Position numbers and translations under genes: made by a program. The notes beneath the pieces were generated by a model. That model ran no database searches. It had not been told where the DNA came from and saw nothing but the letters and a program-made list of their open reading frames with translations. A stretch of 61,711 bases of DNA, counting the filler, from Candidatus Woesearchaeota archaeon (GTDB taxonomy: Archaea; Nanobdellota; Nanobdellia; Woesearchaeales; BM511): NCBI GenBank assembly GCA_023266675.1. It is 5 parts of 5 records of this genome, joined end to end, with 100 filler letters (N's around TTAATTAATTAA, not from the genome) between each part and the next. Parts side by side here need not be neighbours in the genome. Positions count along the whole stretch, not along the records: positions 57,801 to 61,711 come from JAHFPP010000079.1; 4 more parts are not named here. One strand, 5' to 3'. Every line of letters begins with the position of its first letter. The first letter of the stretch is position 1. Below, piece after piece: positions 57,803-61,711 of this stretch.

Positions 57803-59578
57803 TCCATCAAGCTGCAAGCACCATTAATTCAAAAAGAACATATTATAAAACAGGCAGGGCAAACACTTTCAAAAAAAATAGATGAACAGTATCCAATTGA
57901 AAAACTAAATGAAAAAAAAGTTGTATTGGAAGAGCAAGTCAAACTTCGTAGTTCAGATAAAAAATCTAATAAGAAAGCCAATAGTGATGTTGTAAATATA
58001 ATATCAAAATTTGAAAACAAGGAAGCTATAAATACCTTATCCGGCGTGAAAAAAAATGATGCATCAAAAAACATTGTTTCAGATTTAGGCGAAGAAATAA
58101 TAGAGAAAATTGAAAATATGCCTTTACAAAAACAAACATCTCAAAAATATAAAATTGGAGCCCCAAAAGACGCAGAGGTAACTGAACTCTCCGGCAATTC
58201 TGAGCTTTTATCAAAAATAGATTCATTTGAAAAAAATCAAGGCAGAGAAAAAAATACATCTAATATAAATAACATTGAATTTGATGATTCAAAAGTTCAG
58301 AACATAAACTATGAATTTGGCGTCACTCCAAAACCTCTTCCAAGGCAGCACCACGTCATTCCAAAACCAAAGAAAAAAGGCATAAAATCAATTGCAAGGG
58401 AAGCATTTATTGGAGAGTCAAAAAAAGAAGATTTGTTATCAGACAAGGATAATGAAGGTGTCGGATTTAAGTCAATACTTAATTTTGGATTCTTAAAAGA
58501 CTTTGTAGACAGAATAAGGGATAAAGAAGAGTTAATTTCTAAAAGCACATCAAAAGAGCACTCAATGCTTGATTTTAATTCAATGGCGGAAATAGATTTT
58601 GAATCAGAGGCAAAATCAAACCCAAGCCTTCTTGTAAAGCAGGCATCGCAGTTAAAGGAGATTTTAAAGAAAAGAAAAATAGAGATTTACAATCCAAGTA
58701 TGATAGGAACTGTTGCAAACATAATGGTGAGGCGTTTTTCAATATTTGTGATAGACAATTTTCCTGAATTCTTCAAAAGCTTTTACCTGACACTAAGATA
58801 TGCAAACATAAAGATACTCTCAAACACATACGTTAACATCATGGTATTTCTTTCAATAATAAGCGCAATGATATTTGGAAGCATCACCGTAGTTGTATCA
58901 CTCGCGCTGGGAAACACGATATTTCTTGTGATTTCAAAGACATTCCTGATGGCAACAATTGGCGTGATAATATGCGCAGGAATTATGATATATTATCCTA
59001 ACATCAAGATAGAAAAAAGAATAAAGTCAATAAACACAAATCTTCCTTTTGCAATTGACCACATGTCTTCAATCTGCGCAAGCGGAGTTCCTCCGTCAAC
59101 AATGTTCTCGCTTTTAGCAGAATCAAAGGAATATGGCGAAGTCTCACTTGAGATAGAGAAGGCGTCAAACTTCATAGATATATTCGGGTACGACCTTTTG
59201 ACTGCAATAAAATCCGTATCATCAACCACTCCATCTCCTCAACTCAGAGAATTTTTTGAGGGCCTTGTGTCAACAATTGAGACTGGCGGAAACCTCAAGA
59301 ATTACCTCGCACAAAAGTCACAGGAATCAATGCTTGCATATAAGCTTGAAAGACAAAAGTATACAGAAACAATAGCGACATACTCAGATATATACACAGG
59401 AGTGCTTATTGCAGCGCCACTGTTTTTTGTTTCCGCACTATCCCTTGTAAGCATACTTGGAGGCACAATCGGAGGATTCGCAGTTGAAACAGTGATATCA
59501 TTTGGCACATATATATTAATCCCAGGACTAAACATACTATTCATAATATTTTTGGAGTTCAACCAGCCTGACGTTTAG
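57803..59578 (+). CDS. type IV pilus/T2SS-F platform protein (TadC/FlaJ-like) with long N-terminal extension, 5'-truncated
   Basis: NLPFAIDHMSSI..SG.PP, YGEVS.E, FGYDLLTA, TIETGG.L..YL; frame open back to the linker. Confidence 0.88.
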   Translation, partial: SIKLQAPLIQKEHIIKQAGQTLSKKIDEQYPIEKLNEKKVVLEEQVKLRSSDKKSNKKANSDVVNIISKFENKEAINTLSGVKKNDASKNIVSDLGEEIIEKIENMPLQKQTSQKYKIGAPKDAEVTELSGNSELLSKIDSFEKNQGREKNTSNINNIEFDDSKVQNINYEFGVTPKPLPRQHHVIPKPKKKGIKSIAREAFIGESKKEDLLSDKDNEGVGFKSILNFGFLKDFVDRIRDKEELISKSTSKEHSMLDFNSMAEIDFESEAKSNPSLLVKQASQLKEILKKRKIEIYNPSMIGTVANIMVRRFSIFVIDNFPEFFKSFYLTLRYANIKILSNTYVNIMVFLSIISAMIFGSITVVVSLALGNTIFLVISKTFLMATIGVIICAGIMIYYPNIKIEKRIKSINTNLPFAIDHMSSICASGVPPSTMFSLLAESKEYGEVSLEIEKASNFIDIFGYDLLTAIKSVSSTTPSPQLREFFEGLVSTIETGGNLKNYLAQKSQESMLAYKLERQKYTETIATYSDIYTGVLIAAPLFFVSALSLVSILGGTIGGFAVETVISFGTYILIPGLNILFIIFLEFNQPDV

Positions 59579-59653
59579 GGTATCAACATTTTAATAAAGG
59601 TTGAATAAAACACAGCGAGTATTAAAAATAAAAAATATTTTTAAAAACAAAAA

Positions 59654-60547
59654 ATGCGATTCAAAAAGAAATATTGGTACGGAATAACGTTTGGAATAAT
59701 CCTGTTCATACTAGACTTGATACTATTTATTGGAGACAGGCTTTTTGTTCCGTTAATAATTCTCTCAGTCACGATAGGATGGTCGCAGGCATGGATAGAC
59801 TTTTTTATTGAAGGCCAGAGAAGAAAGGAATACGAAGCGAGATTCCTTGATTTTGTAAGAAATCTTGTAGGCGCAGTAAGGTCAGGCATGCCTGTCCCAA
59901 AAGCGATAATACATACAGCCAACAAATCTGATTACGGCGCACTGACACCGCACTTAAAAAAGCTTGCAAATCAGATAGAGTGGGCAATACCAACGCACAA
60001 GGCGTTAAAGAATTTTGCAAAAGGCACTGAAAACGAAATAATAATTAGGTCTGTATCAACAGTCATAGAGGCGGAACTCTCCGGTGGAAACATTGAAGAC
60101 GTGCTTGAATCAATAACAACTTCACTTCTTGAGATTAAAAGGATAAAAGATGAAAGGCGCGCATCAATACAATCGCAGGTGATGCAGTCCTACATAATCT
60201 TTTTTGTGTTCCTTGGAATAATGCTTATAATCCAGAATCTGCTAATCCCATACTTAGGAAAGATGAGCGGCGCAAACATAGCAAAAGGAACTCTTGGCTC
60301 AGGACAGATGATAAACCTTGCAACAAAGATATCAATAGACTTCACAAGCATCGCAGGATTTTATACAACAGTCAAAGCATGGCTTATGAGCCTTCACGGA
60401 GTATTTCTCATGCTTTCTTTAATACAGGGCCTTTTTGCAGGACTTATAATCGGCAAGCTATCAGAAGGCGACATGATATCAGGATTCAAACACTCATTAA
60501 TCCTAATGACCATAGCGTTTCTAGTAATGAGCTTTGCTCAGGGATAA
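59654..60547 (+). CDS. second T2SS-F/TadC-like membrane platform protein
   Basis: FLDFVRNL...RSGM, YG.L, SGG....VL, Q.LF.GL..GKLSEG....G.KH. Confidence 0.9.
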   Translation: MRFKKKYWYGITFGIILFILDLILFIGDRLFVPLIILSVTIGWSQAWIDFFIEGQRRKEYEARFLDFVRNLVGAVRSGMPVPKAIIHTANKSDYGALTPHLKKLANQIEWAIPTHKALKNFAKGTENEIIIRSVSTVIEAELSGGNIEDVLESITTSLLEIKRIKDERRASIQSQVMQSYIIFFVFLGIMLIIQNLLIPYLGKMSGANIAKGTLGSGQMINLATKISIDFTSIAGFYTTVKAWLMSLHGVFLMLSLIQGLFAGLIIGKLSEGDMISGFKHSLILMTIAFLVMSFAQG

Positions 60548-60578
60548 ATTTATTAATAATATCAACTAATATCTCTAA

Positions 60579-61376
60579 ATGAAATATCTAACCTCAAAAG
60601 AGATTAATCTTCTTCCTCCCAAAAAGGGAGGGCATAAGGGAGACAACGGACGAGTTCTTATCATTGGCGGAAGCATGGATTACGTCGGTGCGCCTTATCT
60701 TTCAGGAATCGCAGCGCTTAGAATCTGCGCAGATTATGTTGTAGTCGCATGCCCAAAAAAAGTTGGGTGGGCAATAAACAGACTCTCACCGGACTTAATA
60801 ACAAAAAAATTTGAATGCGAATACTTTACCAAAAATCAAGCAAAAGAAGTTTTAAAATTCTCAGAAAAATTTGATGCAGTTTTAATTGGAAACGGGCTTT
60901 CAGACAGAAAAGAAACGCTTGAGTTTGCAAAAATAGTTATTACCAATTTGAATAAAATACAAAAGCCATTAGTGATCGATGCAGACGCATTAAAAATCGT
61001 TGACATTTCTAAGTTAGAAAATGCAATCTTAACCCCTCATAAGAAAGAGTATGAAACACTATTGAAAAATTCAAAATTCAAAGACATAAAAAAGTTAATA
61101 GGCACAAACATAATAATAAAAAAAGGACCAGTTGATGAGATAATTACAAAAGAAAAAACTTATTATAACAAAACAGGATGTGACCGCATGGCAGTAGCCG
61201 GAACAGGCGATATTCTGGCAGGGCTGGCAGTCGGACTTCTCGCAAAAGGATTAAAACCGAAAGTCGCTGCAAAAGCCGCTGTTTTCATCAGTGGAAGACT
61301 TGGAGAACAGGCAAAAAAACATCATGGAAATAATTTTATTGCAAGCGATTTATTGAATTTAATAAAAAAGATGTGA
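60579..61376 (+). CDS. nnrD: ADP-dependent NAD(P)HX dehydratase
   Basis: HKGDNGRVLIIGGS..Y.GAP, VIDADAL, LTPH..E, GTGDILAG. Confidence 0.93.
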   Translation: MKYLTSKEINLLPPKKGGHKGDNGRVLIIGGSMDYVGAPYLSGIAALRICADYVVVACPKKVGWAINRLSPDLITKKFECEYFTKNQAKEVLKFSEKFDAVLIGNGLSDRKETLEFAKIVITNLNKIQKPLVIDADALKIVDISKLENAILTPHKKEYETLLKNSKFKDIKKLIGTNIIIKKGPVDEIITKEKTYYNKTGCDRMAVAGTGDILAGLAVGLLAKGLKPKVAAKAAVFISGRLGEQAKKHHGNNFIASDLLNLIKKM

Positions 61377-61377
61377 A

Positions 61378-61711
61378 ATGAAACGAAAAATAATATTCAT
61401 ATGCGGACACCCTGGCTCAGGAAAGACAACGTTTTCAAAGAACCTTTCCAATCAATTGATGGGAGTTGAGACATTCATAAGCCACGATTTATATCTAAAG
61501 CATTCTTCAAAAGAAAGAAAAAAATATTTTGAGTACAAAGTAAATAAAATTACCCCACCATCATCCAATGTAGAGGAAGACCCTAAAAAATGGTATGACA
61601 ACGCTGCTTTTCTAAAAGACCTAAACACGTTGAAATTAAAAGGAGCATTAAACATAAAAAATGCATGGAACCAAAAATCTGGAGAGAAAGGTTTGAAGAT
61701 AAATATCAATT
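61378..61711 (+). CDS. P-loop kinase (uridine-kinase-like), runs off the window end
   Basis: manual translation MKRKIIFICGHPGSGKTTFSK...ISHDLYL...DP..WYD; absent from the ORF track. Confidence 0.75.
   Translation, partial: MKRKIIFICGHPGSGKTTFSKNLSNQLMGVETFISHDLYLKHSSKERKKYFEYKVNKITPPSSNVEEDPKKWYDNAAFLKDLNTLKLKGALNIKNAWNQKSGEKGLKININ

Noticed and set aside
61452..61709. 85-aa minus-strand ORF at the window end
   Set aside because: Antisense to a plus-strand P-loop kinase (GHPGSGKT) starting at 61378

Overview
AT-rich archaeal DNA, most likely a DPANN/Woesearchaeota-type genome bin. That placement is inferred from archaeal markers (RpoP, L37e, L37ae, prefoldin beta, Pcc1, SRP54, LonB, Lsm, intron-containing tRNA, TATA/BRE promoters) combined with bacterial-type chaperone and metabolic genes. 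The window is five sequence segments joined by artificial 100-nt N...TTAATTAATTAA...N linkers (17767-17866, 35577-35676, 53207-53306, 57701-57800), so gene order across the linkers cannot be trusted. Most genes are housekeeping. The main unexplained signals are: (1) a dispersed family of stacked-hairpin (REP/MITE-like) intergenic elements with compensatory base changes, two of them bracketed by direct repeats of host sequence and together enclosing an HD-hydrolase gene that splits dnaK from dnaJ; (2) a tRNA-Leu(UAG) with two introns; (3) a tandem GTTGA-N7-TCAAC operator upstream of hsp20-grpE-dnaK; (4) a large RelA/SpoT-type HD hydrolase coupled to an unknown gene; (5) a purine operon with a long fused GMP synthase, a PurM with a duplicated N-domain, and a Vibrio-type PurC; (6) several structured leaders and micro-ORFs. 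No CRISPR array, rRNA, transposase or integrase was seen. All family calls come from motif recognition by eye; no database search was run.
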